Notes: generated from the sequence alone by a model not told the origin. DNA of 63,154 nt, filler included, from Octopus bimaculoides (GCF_001194135.2; 6 parts of 5 records of this genome joined end to end with filler, not necessarily neighbours in it); one strand, 5' to 3'; shown: positions 51,265 to 63,154, numbered from the whole stretch's first letter. Translations and numbers: made by a program.

Positions 51265-52560
51265 GAGACTTTTGACAAACACTACCAGTTGTTCCAAGAG
51301 GAACAAAAGTGGATGAGCTCAATGTTTCAATAAAGTCTTCTGTATTATGGCATCATGTGAAAACACTTCAACTTTCAACAAATATGAGAGTGAGGTTTTC
51401 AAGACATCAATCAGCTGAACTATTTGCAGAGCAGTTTTTGAAACTCAGTAAAGGGAGACTTCCAATTGATGAAGAACAGTTTCTTACACTCAGTCCAATA
51501 TGTAATTCAACTCATTCCATTGATGATCTGGTGGATGAAATCTTTCCTAATCTTCTTCATAATTACAGCAATACAAATTGGATCTGTGAGTGAGCTATCC
51601 CAGCTCCAAAAAATGTTGCAGTACATAATATTAACAATATGCTATTGAATAAGCTTTTGAGAGAAATATTCACTTATAATAACTCAATTGACAGTGTTGT
51701 TGATGATCAGGATAGTGTTAACTACCCCATCAAATTTTTGAACTTACTAGAATGACCAGGTACAGCTCCTCAGTGTCTTCAACTGAAAAATGGTACTCCT
51801 ATTATGCTATTGCGTAATTTGTCTCAGCCAAAATTATGCAATGGTACAAGATTAATCATGTACAAACTTATGAGGAACTGCATTGAGGCAAATATTCTCA
51901 TTGGTTATGATAAAGGTGACACTGTCTTCATTCCTCACATGCCAGTTATACCATCTAATGTCCCATTCCAATTTAAGCAGTTACAGTTTCCTATCAGAAT
52001 TTCTTTTGCCATGAGCATTAATAACAGTCAAGGCCAAATACTAAAAGTTACTGGATTGCAACATCAAGAACCATGCTTTTCACATGGCCAACTTTATGTA
52101 GGAGCATCACATGTGGGAGCAAATGCAAATCTGATTCCATCAATGACTTGATGTATAAAAGCTTTCTTAATCTTCTTCATAATTACAACAGTACAGATTA
52201 CATTGGTGACAGAACTATCCTGGCTCCAAAAACTGTTCCTCTACATACCATTAATAATATGCTATTGAATAGACTTCCAGAAATCTTCACTTGTTGTTGA
52301 TGATCAGGATAGTTTCAACTACCCCATCGAATTCTTTAACTCACTACAGCCACAAGGTACAGCTCCCCATTGTCTTCAGTTGAAAAAAGGGACTCCAATT
52401 ATGCTACTACATATTTTGTTTCAACCAAAATTATGCAATGGTACCAGATTAATTGTGTACAAACTTCATTGACCCAAACATTCTCACTGTTTGCAGTAAA
52501 GGCGTATGTACCCCAAAATAAAACAAAAAACATTATTCATAAAGAAATATTCATCCTTAA
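51265..52560 (+). pseudogene. Degenerate Helitron Pif1-like helicase with internal tandem duplication
   Basis: [51 protein letters not shown]; about 52163-52470 repeats about 51545-51870; ends KTKNIIHKEIF. Confidence 0.85.
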
Positions 52561-52687
52561 TGCAACATGAATACTTCAATAATGTTATTTACCATTACTA
52601 TCATTACATTCAAGAATGAGTTGATTACCTATTTCAATGAACTGTATTATATAATTGTCATTACTGTATTTATAAATAAAATAACAC

Positions 52688-52828
52688 AGGAAGGGCATCC
52701 AGCTGTAGAAACTCTGCCAAATCAGATTGGAGCCTGGTGTAGCCATCTGGTTCACCAGTCCTCAGTCAAATCGTCCAACCCATGGAAAGCGAATGTTAAA
52801 CGATGATGATTATGATGATGATGATGAT
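52688..52828 (+). mobile_element. RTE-type 3' tail insertion
   Basis: AGGAAGGGCATCCAGCTGTAGAAAC...GATGATGAT. Confidence 0.85.
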
Positions 52829-53925
52829 ACATCTCACTTGTTATTATCATGTAATAAACAAACAGACCTTCATGTATAAAAATGATCTTTTATTCTACTT
52901 CAATTATTACATGTTTTTCTCTTATAAAAATATTATATCATTGCCATTACTGTATAGATAAATAAAATAACACATACAACTCACTAATTATTGTCATATC
53001 ATAAACAAACACAAGTTCATGTATGATATTGATTTGAAAAATAAAACCAAACTTGGAAACTTAAAGATTATGTATGTCCTCAATATGTGTATAGTAATGC
53101 AATTTGATCTTTGTGTGCCAAGACACGTGGCCTTAGGTGTACAAAACTTCATTCAAACAGTAGAAACATAGGAAATGATGAATTCAGTGTTCTGAGAGTT
53201 TCAATTAGCTTGCTAAAATTAGACAAGTAGTTAATATGATGAGTGCAAGTAGAACAAGTGATTGAATTGAAACTTGGATTGGAATGGAATATAAAATGTT
53301 CTAAAATTTTCTTCTCTTATTAAGAACAAAAGAATTTTTAGCTTCATGTGAAAGGCAAATGGCATGGAGCATTTGTGAGGAATTGAAATGATGTGTGGAA
53401 GAATGATATGAACATTGGTAAGAAAAGGAATTAATATCATTTGTTGGATGTGCAATACTAACATTATCATTCATTAGGTGAGAGTTGAGAAATTGATTAC
53501 ATTCAGTGGATGTATTATGGAAAACCATTTTTGTTGGATTAGATATGTAATGAAAAAGAAAATGAAAGTGGAATGAAATGATGGTATAAGGACACAATGA
53601 GGAAAAACTATAAAGAAACTTTTATGTTTGATCCGAGAACAATAAGCCTTATCATGCCTTACTATAATCAATATAGAACATAGTTACCATCTTATTTTGG
53701 GGCAACACTTTGTATTACAACGATTGTAAACAAATTGTATGTACAATATCTATGCTGATACAAAAAGGAGCACAACTGTATGGACATTTCTATTGTTTTC
53801 GAAGTTTTCAGCAGCAACTGTGTATCCCAGTGTCTATTGACCTTACAATAATTTTGGAAAAATTCTTCATAACCCTTTATCTTATTAATGTAATAATGCA
53901 GGGTCTTTTTAATATATCTTTTCAG

Positions 53926-54030
53926 AAATTACGGAACTCTCTTTGGGAATGATTATTGGTTGCAGTGTAGGAACTGTATTATTATTAATAATTTTGGGGC
54001 TTCTTGCTTATAAATGCCACAAAATAAGAG
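53926..54030 (+). CDS. IgSF receptor, transmembrane exon
   Basis: TCTTTTCAG acceptor, phase 1; EITELSLGMIIGCSVGTVLLLIILGLLAYKCHKIR gives a hydrophobic helix plus basic stop-transfer. Donor is AG|GTTGGT (54031) or TG|GTATGT (54035). Confidence 0.88.
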
Positions 54031-54127
54031 GTTGGTATGTTTTACACATTATAAAAGTTTGTTCATTATATTGAGATATATAGTCTTAAAACTCCTCTAC
54101 CTGACTATGGTTAAATAGACATTGAAA

Positions 54128-54160
<33 letters not shown>

Positions 54161-54260
54161 NNNNNNNNNNNNNNNNNNNNNNNNNNNNNNNNNNNNNNNN
54201 NNNNTTAATTAATTAANNNNNNNNNNNNNNNNNNNNNNNNNNNNNNNNNNNNNNNNNNNN

Positions 54261-54300
<40 letters not shown>

Positions 54301-55204
54301 TGTGTGTATACTTATTCTTTATCTCAAACACACGACTATGCATACATACACACAGACATACATTCATACACACACACACACACACACACATACACACATG
54401 CATTCATTCATACATACATACACTTATACATATGCACAGACACAAATACATACACACACACATACATGCATACACACACACATACATGCACACACACACA
54501 CATACATACACGCAGACACACATTACGTTTCAGTATGCTTGTATTTGTATATACATACGTTTGTATACGCGAGCTTGCATGCACGTATTTGTATGTGTAT
54601 GTATGTATGTATGTATGTATGTATATATTTATGTATGTATTATGTGTATGTGTGCATGTGTGTGTGCGCGTGTGTGTGCGTGAGTGTGGCGGGTTAGGGG
54701 TGTCATGCATATAGTATTTAATTAGCACCGCTTCCTTACCGAATTCTTCGTTTTCGTATTGGCTTCCTACTTTCATGTCAATGACAGCCGTTCATTCACC
54801 TCAGCACTTGTTGTTGTTGTTGTTATTTTTGTTGCTATTGTTGTTGCTGTGTCCCAGTTTCCGACGTGACCACCCTGTCTTTCCGTACATCTACTGCATT
54901 GTGCAGTCTGTTTCCGTTCCTAAGAGTGTAAGGTTGCGAGTTGAAGATATTTTAGCCGCCATTTCCAGCATATCGAGACACTCTCCTTCCTACGTAGAGG
55001 TCCTACCATTGCTCTCTAATCTTGCTTTCCCTGTTAAGTCCTTCCTTTGATCGTGGAACTTGGTCTGTCTTTTGATAAAAGTAAACGATTGAAGCTGAAA
55101 TTAAAATTAAAAAAATAAAAAAGATTTTACGAAAATTGCCGAACAAACACTTTCATTACCCCTCTACTTTTATCAAAAGATAACCGAAACTTGTTTGTGG
55201 TAAA

Positions 55205-55335
55205 TGGTACATGCCGAATTGGGATTCAAATGAAGTGTTTTGCTCAAGAAGACAACGCAGTATCCAGTCTAGGTCTCGAAACCACGACCTTAAGATTGTA
55301 GGTGTAATACCCTAACCACTAAGCTACATACCTTC
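55205..55335 (-). mobile_element. SINE tRNA-like head fragment
   Basis: Minus strand GTGAAGGTATGTAGCTTAGTGGTTAGGG...GGTTTCGAGACC, similar to the head of 50003-50403. Confidence 0.7.
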
Positions 55336-55396
55336 ACTATGAATTGAAGAGGAGAACAAAAATGTTTTATCAGATATATATATAAANNNNNNNNNN

Positions 55397-55441
<45 letters not shown>

Positions 55442-55585
55442 GAAAAGATGTACAAATATATTCACAAGTATATACATATATATATGCGTGTAGACATAAT
55501 TATGTACAATTAAACACGTGTGTGTACATGTAGACCATAAATATCTATAACATATGACTTAACATACACACACTTAAATATACAT

Positions 55586-55667
<82 letters not shown>

Positions 55668-56704
55668 ATACGTATATATATATATATAAGTACGTACACA
55701 CATTATTGCATATAGAGACACATTCATATAAATACACACATACATATACATACTAACATAAATATATATATGTCTATATATATAAACATACATCTAAATA
55801 AATACATTAAAATACTTATATCTACATAGATATACAAACATACATACATATACACACAGGTAAATACATGCATAAATGAACTCGTACACATATATACAGA
55901 CAGACATTTAAATACACACAAGCACATACATGCACACACACACTTACACACGCACGTACATACACGCATACATACATACATACATACATACATACATACA
56001 TACATGCCTAAACATCCCGTGACGGATGACGTCACAAAACATGTCGGCAAACCTGCTATCATAGAAGTATGTCACCAACATCTTACTTTATGATGAAAAG
56101 AAACAAGAGGGGGGTACAGAGGGAGTGCAAGGTAATTGCAAACTGCGTGTTGTTTCGGTATAGGCACACACGCACACTCTCACACACACAAACACACACA
56201 CAAACACACATACACACACACAAACACACACACAAACACACATACACACACACTCACTCACACACATTTTGTTTTCATGTTCAGTTATAATAAAAGTATT
56301 TTTTCAATTAAACTAAAGGATTACACTGTACTTTTATAGAGTACAAATTTATTATTCTTTAAACAAGTATATTATTGACAGTGACTTCGAAGTTTTTAGG
56401 CCAAAAATGCCACAGTTCGACGATTGCTTAGCTGGCCGAAACTTGGAAGTTACTGTCAAAAATATTCTTGTTTTAGAATTATATATATATATATTCCCTT
56501 TNNNNNNNNNNNNNNNNNNNNNNNNNNNNNNNNNNNNNNNNNNNNNNNNNNNNNNNNNNNNNNNNNNNNNNNNNNNNNNNNNNNNNNNNNNNNNNNNNNN
56601 NNNNNNNNNNNNNNNNNNNNNNNNNNNNNNNNNNNNNNCAAACTAATACACTTGCCTTTTGTTCATACAACTGTCTTCGTCTTTTGTTTTTCTGTAAATT
56701 TCAA

Positions 56705-56779
<75 letters not shown>

Positions 56780-56781
<2 letters not shown>

Positions 56782-57240
56782 GTCGCAGAGATGGCTGCGT
56801 GGTAAAGAAACATGCTTTGCTACCACGAAGTCTTGGGCTCAGTCTCAGGCTTTCGGTTGGTCAGATCAACTGGAACCCTCGTCGTCATCACCGACGGAGA
56901 TCCAGTTAAATTATAAAGTATCATAGAGCCGCTATACAACAATTTCATGTGTGCCTTGGTCATGAAAAGCCAGGTGGTGAAAGTCCTTGAAGCACACGTG
57001 AGCGTGAGCCAAAGTTGCACGCTGTCACCCATTCTGTCCCAACATCATCCTGGAATATGTCATTATAGCACTCGAAAAATAACTTTGACAAAATGGCTGG
57101 CATTCATCACTGCCCAAACCCTCAACGTTAAGAGATGTTGATGACACGACTTTAATGCCCATGGCCTTTAACAAACTGGGGAAAAATCTATTAAAGAATT
57201 GAACAAAGCATGTAAACATGGGATATGTACGAAGAAAACA
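56780..57240 (+). mobile_element. SINE fragment followed by degenerate RTE-type RT fragment
   Basis: GATCAACTGGAACCCTC shared with 50040-50065; then VSQSCTLSPIL and DVDDTTLM (degenerate QGC.LSP and YADD). Confidence 0.6.
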
Positions 57241-57260
57241 TTGCTATCTTGCGTTTTTAC

Positions 57261-57594
57261 ATCACGCCGGGCTCACCACTTGTAGGAAGAACACACTTGA
57301 GATTTATAATACACAAAATATTTATTCTTTTCGTAAACAAAAAATATATTGTTGTTGCTACAAATGACAAAACATCGAAAATTTGAATGTTAATGGTCTT
57401 GGTGTGACTGTAACAGCAACCAAAGTGTAGTTAGTTGGTGCTGGTGTTGTCCTCGTTGTTGGCCATTGTTTAGCTGTTGTCATCTTGAGTCAGCAGCTGT
57501 CAGCGTCAGTTCTCTGTCCATCTGCCGTCTCGTCTCTGCTCTTTCTCAATGCTCTCTATCAAAGTAGCTAAAGTGCACCGAATGTATACTGACA
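57261..57594 (-). mobile_element. LTR plus tRNA-Trp PBS, internal region lost
   Basis: Minus strand ...AATAAA...GTGTTCTTCCTACA (end 57281), AG, then TGGTGAGCCCGGCGTGAT (16/18 to the Trp PBS). The 5' end at TGTCAG (57594) is tentative. Confidence 0.7.
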
Positions 57595-58630
57595 TTTGGG
57601 TTCAGAAAGAAGCGCGCCAAAAGATTAAATTGTTGTTTGTGCCTTGATTGATCAGGGTTTTTTTTCCCCGATTACGTGGGTAATATTCTAGCAAATCGCG
57701 ACGTCCGATATAGTGATCTGATGGCCAAATACTCCCGCTATCGATATGGAAATATAAGCGGTTAAAATGCCAAATAGCTGTCTCCTAGTAAAGGAATAAC
57801 AAATATTGGTGGCTCCTGAAGGAAAACACGTCAGAGTGAGTGTGTTCCCCTCAGGATTGTGGTGCCAAATGGATCTGGGGATGTAAAAAGACGGGACGTA
57901 CTGCGATTGACAGCGTTCCCGAAGGACAAAGAATAGAAGGTATATCAGCTGGTGATTCAAGGTTAGTCTATGCAACCCGCTTAGTGACCCCTTCGGAATC
58001 TACGCCTAAGAAGCAAGGGCCCTAAATCCGAAAATATGCGAAGATGTTAACTTTTTGACAGACATACGTTCATACAAGTGTTGCATACATACATAAACAC
58101 ATAACACATATATGAGTACGAACATGTATGTAAATACAGACGTATGTGCATACATGTATACAAGCATTCGTACATACAAACATACATATACACACACAAA
58201 CACACACACACACACATACATACACACACATACATACATACATACACACATACATACTTACATACACACACACACATACTTACATACATACAAAGTTAGA
58301 TGCAAGTTCACATGCACCCTTTACATGAGAGCAAGTATATCTGTACATCAATCTGCAGAAAAAATCAAACTCTATCTCTCTCGCGTTCACGTAGTCACAG
58401 AGACATGGAATTGACTTCAACAAAACAGCTTTTGTGCCTTTGATAGAGAATGGGCGGAATTACAGGGTAACAGGGACCTTTAGATCTAAAAGAAAAATAT
58501 ACATATGATATACGCATGCATATATACATACAAAATCGTGCGTGCATATACACACACACATACATTATTCATGCATACTTACATATATACATGTATATAT
58601 ACACACACAGTCACATTCTCATCCATACGT

Positions 58631-58685
<55 letters not shown>

Positions 58686-59234
58686 TATGCCTATGTGCTT
58701 GCATGCATACGTATAAACGCATTTATGTTTATATATATATGTATGTATATGTATATATGCACCCATACATGTATACATATATGAACATTCTCATATACAT
58801 GAATATATATATATGCACACACATAAGTAGGACGTACATACATACATACATACATACATACCCATACATACACTCATACACACTCACACCTCATCAGCTG
58901 ACATAAAATGTCGGCCATGCAAAGTCCCAACAAACGATTTGCCCCTGGCACTGCCGATTGTATGAGACTAAAATGCCCTCGAGATACGAACGTAAACATT
59001 AAATTGTAGGCATAAACATTGCTACGGACACGAGACAGACACATACACACATACAGACTTATAAACAGACATGTATGTATATATGTATATGTGTGTGTGT
59101 ACAACTATATACGTACACACACATACATGTATGCATGTGTGTTCATATAAATGTATATATATTTTTGTATTTATAAACATATGTAAATAAACATGTGTAT
59201 ATATATATACGTATAGGAAAATATATATATTTAC

Positions 59235-59269
<35 letters not shown>

Positions 59270-59369
59270 NNNNNNNNNNNNNNNNNNNNNNNNNNNNNNN
59301 NNNNNNNNNNNNNTTAATTAATTAANNNNNNNNNNNNNNNNNNNNNNNNNNNNNNNNNNNNNNNNNNNN

Positions 59370-59481
59370 CCTACATGAACTTCTAACTTGTTGTCTCTTG
59401 AGGTCTCTGGATGAGACTTGGATCCAACTTGTACAAATGCAAAACAAAAGTGAAACATAAAATAATAATAATAATAATAAC

Positions 59482-59530
<49 letters not shown>
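59370..59530 (+). mobile_element. Probable R4/Dong 3' UTR plus (TAA)n
   Basis: TGAGGTCTCTGGATGAGACTTG (59399) resembles TGAGGTCCTTGTTATGACTTG (23431); both precede TAA runs. Confidence 0.45.
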
Positions 59531-59533
<3 letters not shown>

Positions 59534-59705
59534 TCGAAAACTACCTTAGGAATGAGAACCCAGGTTCGAAATTTCCCCAAGACACCTGACGAAAACTGGA
59601 GGGTATATCAGCAGAAACGTTGTGTTAACAACAAACAAGATGAGGACAAATATCCATCGAATGTAAATAATGTACATAATTCCTTATCTCTTAAATATAG
59701 AACTG
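59530..59705 (+). mobile_element. Second copy of the hammerhead-containing repeat tail
   Basis: Closely similar to 24436-24602. Confidence 0.85.
59581..59626 (+). ncRNA. Minimal type I hammerhead ribozyme fold, intact core, damaged stem II
   Basis: GACAC-CTGACGA-A-AACTG-loop-CAGCA-GAAA-CGTT-GTGTT. Confidence 0.65.
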
Positions 59706-59773
59706 TATTACAAATAGTAATTTTCTAATTTACAGAGCAGTTTCTTTGACATCAAAATGTGACTAGTTATAAA

Positions 59774-59957
59774 GGCGGTGAAATGGCAGAATCGTTTACA
59801 CGCCGGGCAAAATGTTTAGCGGCGTTTCGTTCGTCTTTACCTTCTTAGTTCAAATTCTGCAGTGGTAGGCTTTGCTTTTCATTTTTTCGGGGTCGATAAA
59901 ATAAAGTACTATTCTTCCTCAAAATTCTCAGGCCTTGTGCCTACAATAGAAAAGAAA
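59774..59957 (+). mobile_element. SINE (family A), degenerate
   Basis: GGCGGTGAAATGGCAGAATCGTT...TTCAAATTCTGC...TTTCGGGGTCGATAAAATAAAGTAC. Confidence 0.8.
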
Positions 59958-60205
59958 TAAATCTTTGACTAGTTACAAGCATCACTGGCCTGGTTGATAA
60001 AATCATTATTACCGCTAATATTCTGAATAAAAGTCCTCAGTTTCGAAATAGTTTGGTACCATGTACGTATCCAAGAATACAATACTTGGAGAAGAGTGGA
60101 GATCGTCCGAATCGAAACAGAGTGGAGATTTGAATATTAAATTAAAATATTTTTCATCTCTAGAAATGAGTTTAATAATTCTAAAATTTATTTGTGTCTT
60201 AACAG

Positions 60206-60299
60206 TAGCTCATCACAGTATAATAGATATTTAAATGAAAAGTACTACTTTGATATTCCGAAGGTTATAATGGACGAAGTCAGCATCAACACTATTTGA
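60206..60299 (+). CDS. Candidate terminal cytoplasmic exon of the IgSF gene
   Basis: TTGTGTCTTAACAG acceptor; with the phase-2 donor at 54035 it gives GCSSSQYNRYLNEKYYFDIPKVIMDEVSINTI*. Lies beyond two artificial joins. Confidence 0.28.
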
Positions 60300-60767
60300 A
60301 CTCTTCTATAAAGGAACATATCTAAGCAACGCAAGAAATTCTTTCCTTAATTCTAACATTTTCTCCTCCACCACCGTTGACAGAAAACAATAACAACAAA
60401 CCTAATTTCAAAACAAAGGTCACAGAAATCTTTTTTTAAAATGTGGCGTGGAAAAATTAAGTTGATTAATAAAAAGTACAAAAGAAAATAGAGCGAAAAT
60501 AATATGAGGCACAAACCAATTTTCCGAATTTCTAAAACAATCATATGACTATAGAAAAATCATTGAGAAAAAAACAATGATTTCAATAGTTGTGTTCTAC
60601 TTTTTTAATCAAAAATTGTATGGTTGTTCCAATTTTATATACATAAATATATATATATATATATATANNNNNNNNNNNNNNNNNNNNNNNNNNNNNNNNN
60701 NNNNNNNNNNNTTAATTAATTAANNNNNNNNNNNNNNNNNNNNNNNNNNNNNNNNNNNNNNNNNNNN

Positions 60768-60977
60768 ACGGTAGCAGTGTTGAAAGAGTGCATATGGAGG
60801 ACAAGAATAGAAGGTTTGGTGACAGGGTACTACATGCCCGGCCCTGGACTGCTGACTTACTTCAAATACCATCTGAAGAGCAAGATAGGGCTGGAAAAGA
60901 GAACCCTGTCAGCTAGAGTATATGAACAGAGATGGAAGGAAGTGGTGAAAAAGGTGGGTGTGAGTCACCCAAACTAA
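60768..60977 (+). mobile_element. L1/Tx1-like LINE ORF2 extreme C-terminus
   Basis: LKECIWRTRIEGL...LLTYFKYHLKSKIGLEKRTL...YEQRW; family assignment by resemblance only. Confidence 0.5.
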
Positions 60978-61923
60978 TCATCGAAAAAATAAAAGGCGAG
61001 CTACTGGGCCTTATAGGCTGCCGGGTTGAAAAACCCAATCTTTTTATTATAAAATATATATACATGTGTTTAGGTGTATGTGTGTGTATGTATGTATATA
61101 TGTGTATATGTGTATGTATATATATATATATATATATATAGGGGTGTGTGTGTGTATGCATATGTATGTCTGTATAATTGAAAAGGGAAAAAACAAAAAA
61201 GGCCAACGAACATATGAATTGTAAATATAAAGACAATCGTTAATTTTTAAAAGAACTTAGAACTCATACATTTTGTTTATTTGTTTGTCCTGTATTGTAC
61301 CCATCTTTGTATTCGATCCTTAGTGATCATATTAAAAAAAAAAATTTTAATTTATTAGCCAGCTGGTCATGCCTCTGGCGTCATTATTGTTGCTACCCGT
61401 ATTAATGTGAGTTCGCTTTTTGGATACCTGTTGTTAACATTTTTCTTGGATTATTTATTGTCTTTGAATTGTTTCAAAGTTGTTTTCGCCCTGTGGGGCA
61501 GAAAATTTCTGATTTCTGAACTGTTTTACAGTAGTTTTCGCCCTCCAGAGCAGAAGATTTGTTTTTTTTTGTTAACCTTTTGAGGTTGGTTTTTGATTTT
61601 CTTGTCAATTGTGACAAGGTTTATAATTTATAAAAAAAAAAAAAAAAACATTATGGAATTTGAACTGGCTTCAAAAACCGACTTTCCCGAGATGGAAGAA
61701 GGAAATAATACCGTTATAACCAAGGACAGAAGTGCTGTTACAGCCATGAACAATAATACCGTTACAAACAAGGAAAGCCAGGCTAAACAAAGCTTTTCTG
61801 CCGCTGTAGGCGGCAGCGTAATTGAACTAGAAACATCTATGCACAAGCTACTCCAGTTCAGAAACCTGATAGAAAAAACAGGAGATATAACAAAGTTGGT
61901 ACTGCCCCCTGAGACCATCGAAG

Positions 61924-62282
61924 TTTAGGAGAGTGGGTTATATATCTTTAGATATACACCTAACTCTCCTACATTAAATTGGAAGAGAACCGAACGCAGA
62001 AACTCCAAACTGATCAACAACAACAAATATTTATTGTTCGGTGGAAAAGGAAAACAGCTTCTAATTGTCCGGTTTTAGAGTAGCCTGAAATGTAGATGTA
62101 CGATTCTTCGTGCTGGTGTCATTATAGAGACAACTTGGTTCAACCACACTCAAATGGGAGAGCTTGCTTAGACGTCTTGCTTGGTCTAGTAGCGGGAACG
62201 CTTCGATGTTTAAACCCACGCATGCGTAGTTAAGGATTCAGCAATGGCGTCGGCCTTTTGGCGCCAATGTGACGTCACTACA
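61924..62282 (-). mobile_element. Solo LTR 1 (359 bp) with GAAG target-site duplication
   Basis: GAAG at 61920-61923 and 62283-62286; minus strand starts TGTAGTG and has AATAAA and a terminal hairpin; excision restores the ORF1 frame. Confidence 0.85.
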
Positions 62283-62660
62283 GAAGCAATAAAAAAAAAC
62301 CGTGGTCTACAAAGTGTACAACTTGAAGGAGAAAAAATCATGGAAGCTAAAAATGAAATAGTTGAGTGGTGCTTGGCACCAATTTGGAAGAAAATTCGCT
62401 ACGTCTGCCGAGGAGTGAAAAGTGCAACAATAGAAGCACACTTCGAGTCGGAAGACGTAGCGAAGGAGGTGTCAACACAGACACTTAAAAATGACCAAAT
62501 AATGCTGCTGCCTATGTATTTGGGCCGTAGAACGGCGAAAATAACAGTCGAAGAAATTCCCGAAGGATACGATGTATATTGGGTAGCAACCGCAATAATT
62601 TATGACGTAGAGGGGAAGCTCTCAATCTTGAGTATAAAGAAGCTACAAACTAGAAGGACC

Positions 62661-63022
62661 TATAGGAAAGTGGGTTATACATCATTAGATGTATACCTGA
62701 CTTTCCTATATAAAATTAAGAATATAACGGAATGCTGAACTCCAGACTATCAACTTAAACAACATTTATTCAGGTGGTAAATATATATACATCTTTAGCT
62801 CTTGTTTGTTGTTACAGCTTCTGTGTGTGAGCATGGTTGTTGGGACATTGGTATGTAGATGTAAGCGAGCTGTCGAGCGTAAGTTCGAAAGATGGAGAGA
62901 GACAGCTAAACACGTCCATGCTCAATCGCTGGCCAACAAGAAAGAGACAGATCAAAACGGGAAAGCTTGCTTGTTGAATTCCACGCATGCGTGAGACTAC
63001 ACATGTACACGGCGTTACTACA
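62661..63022 (-). mobile_element. Solo LTR 2 (362 bp) with GACC target-site duplication
   Basis: GACC at 62657-62660 and 63023-63026; minus strand starts TGTAGTA; shares GGGARAGCTTGCTT, CCACGCATGCGT and the terminal hairpin with solo LTR 1. Confidence 0.85.
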
Positions 63023-63154
63023 GACCAAAGTTTCGAAATGGTCCTTCAAGCAGATAAAACTGTCCTTGAAAATTTACCGGATAGACTCTTCGTGGGGGAG
63101 GGGTGTACCGTGCGTGTATCGGTAGAGGGACGTAGGCCTAGATGTTTTAAATGC

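Larger units (their letters stand above)
61653..63154 (+). pseudogene. L1/Tx1-like LINE ORF1 (RRM-like region and start of zinc knuckle), interrupted by two solo LTRs
   Basis: ATG at 61653; SFSAAV; IRYVCRG...IEAHF...LLPMYLGRRTAKITVEEIP; after the second insert DQSFEMVLQAD...VSVEGRRPRCFKC at the window edge. Confidence 0.8.

Noticed and set aside
57595-58030. GC-richer segment with short ORFs
   Set aside because: Frames are interrupted and no family could be recognised; left unannotated.

Overview
Repeat-dense animal genomic scaffold. The SINE families, RTE tails and very high microsatellite load suggest a cephalopod (Octopus); this is inference, not a database match. One host gene is visible on the + strand: an N-glycosylation-rich immunoglobulin-superfamily type I membrane protein. 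It has four phase-1 Ig exons (26505-26759, 37721-37969, 42411-42662, 46099-46407) and a transmembrane exon (53926-54030), including one GC-AG intron; an upstream exon and a cytoplasmic exon are only tentative. The rest is mostly transposon debris: CR1, RTE, R4/Dong and Tx1/L1-like LINEs, Penelope-like elements, a truncated Gypsy provirus, a complete but dead mariner, Helitron/Pif1 fragments and tRNA-derived SINEs. The less expected observations are (i) a repeat carrying a minimal type I hammerhead ribozyme fold, (ii) two TSD-bounded solo LTRs with covarying terminal hairpins and non-CA ends nested in one LINE ORF1, and (iii) a Penelope-like RT whose 5' part is inverted at a 13-bp duplicated palindrome. 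Five identical 44N-TTAATTAATTAA-44N blocks are artificial joins, so adjacency across them is unproven. No prokaryotic-type system such as CRISPR is supported.
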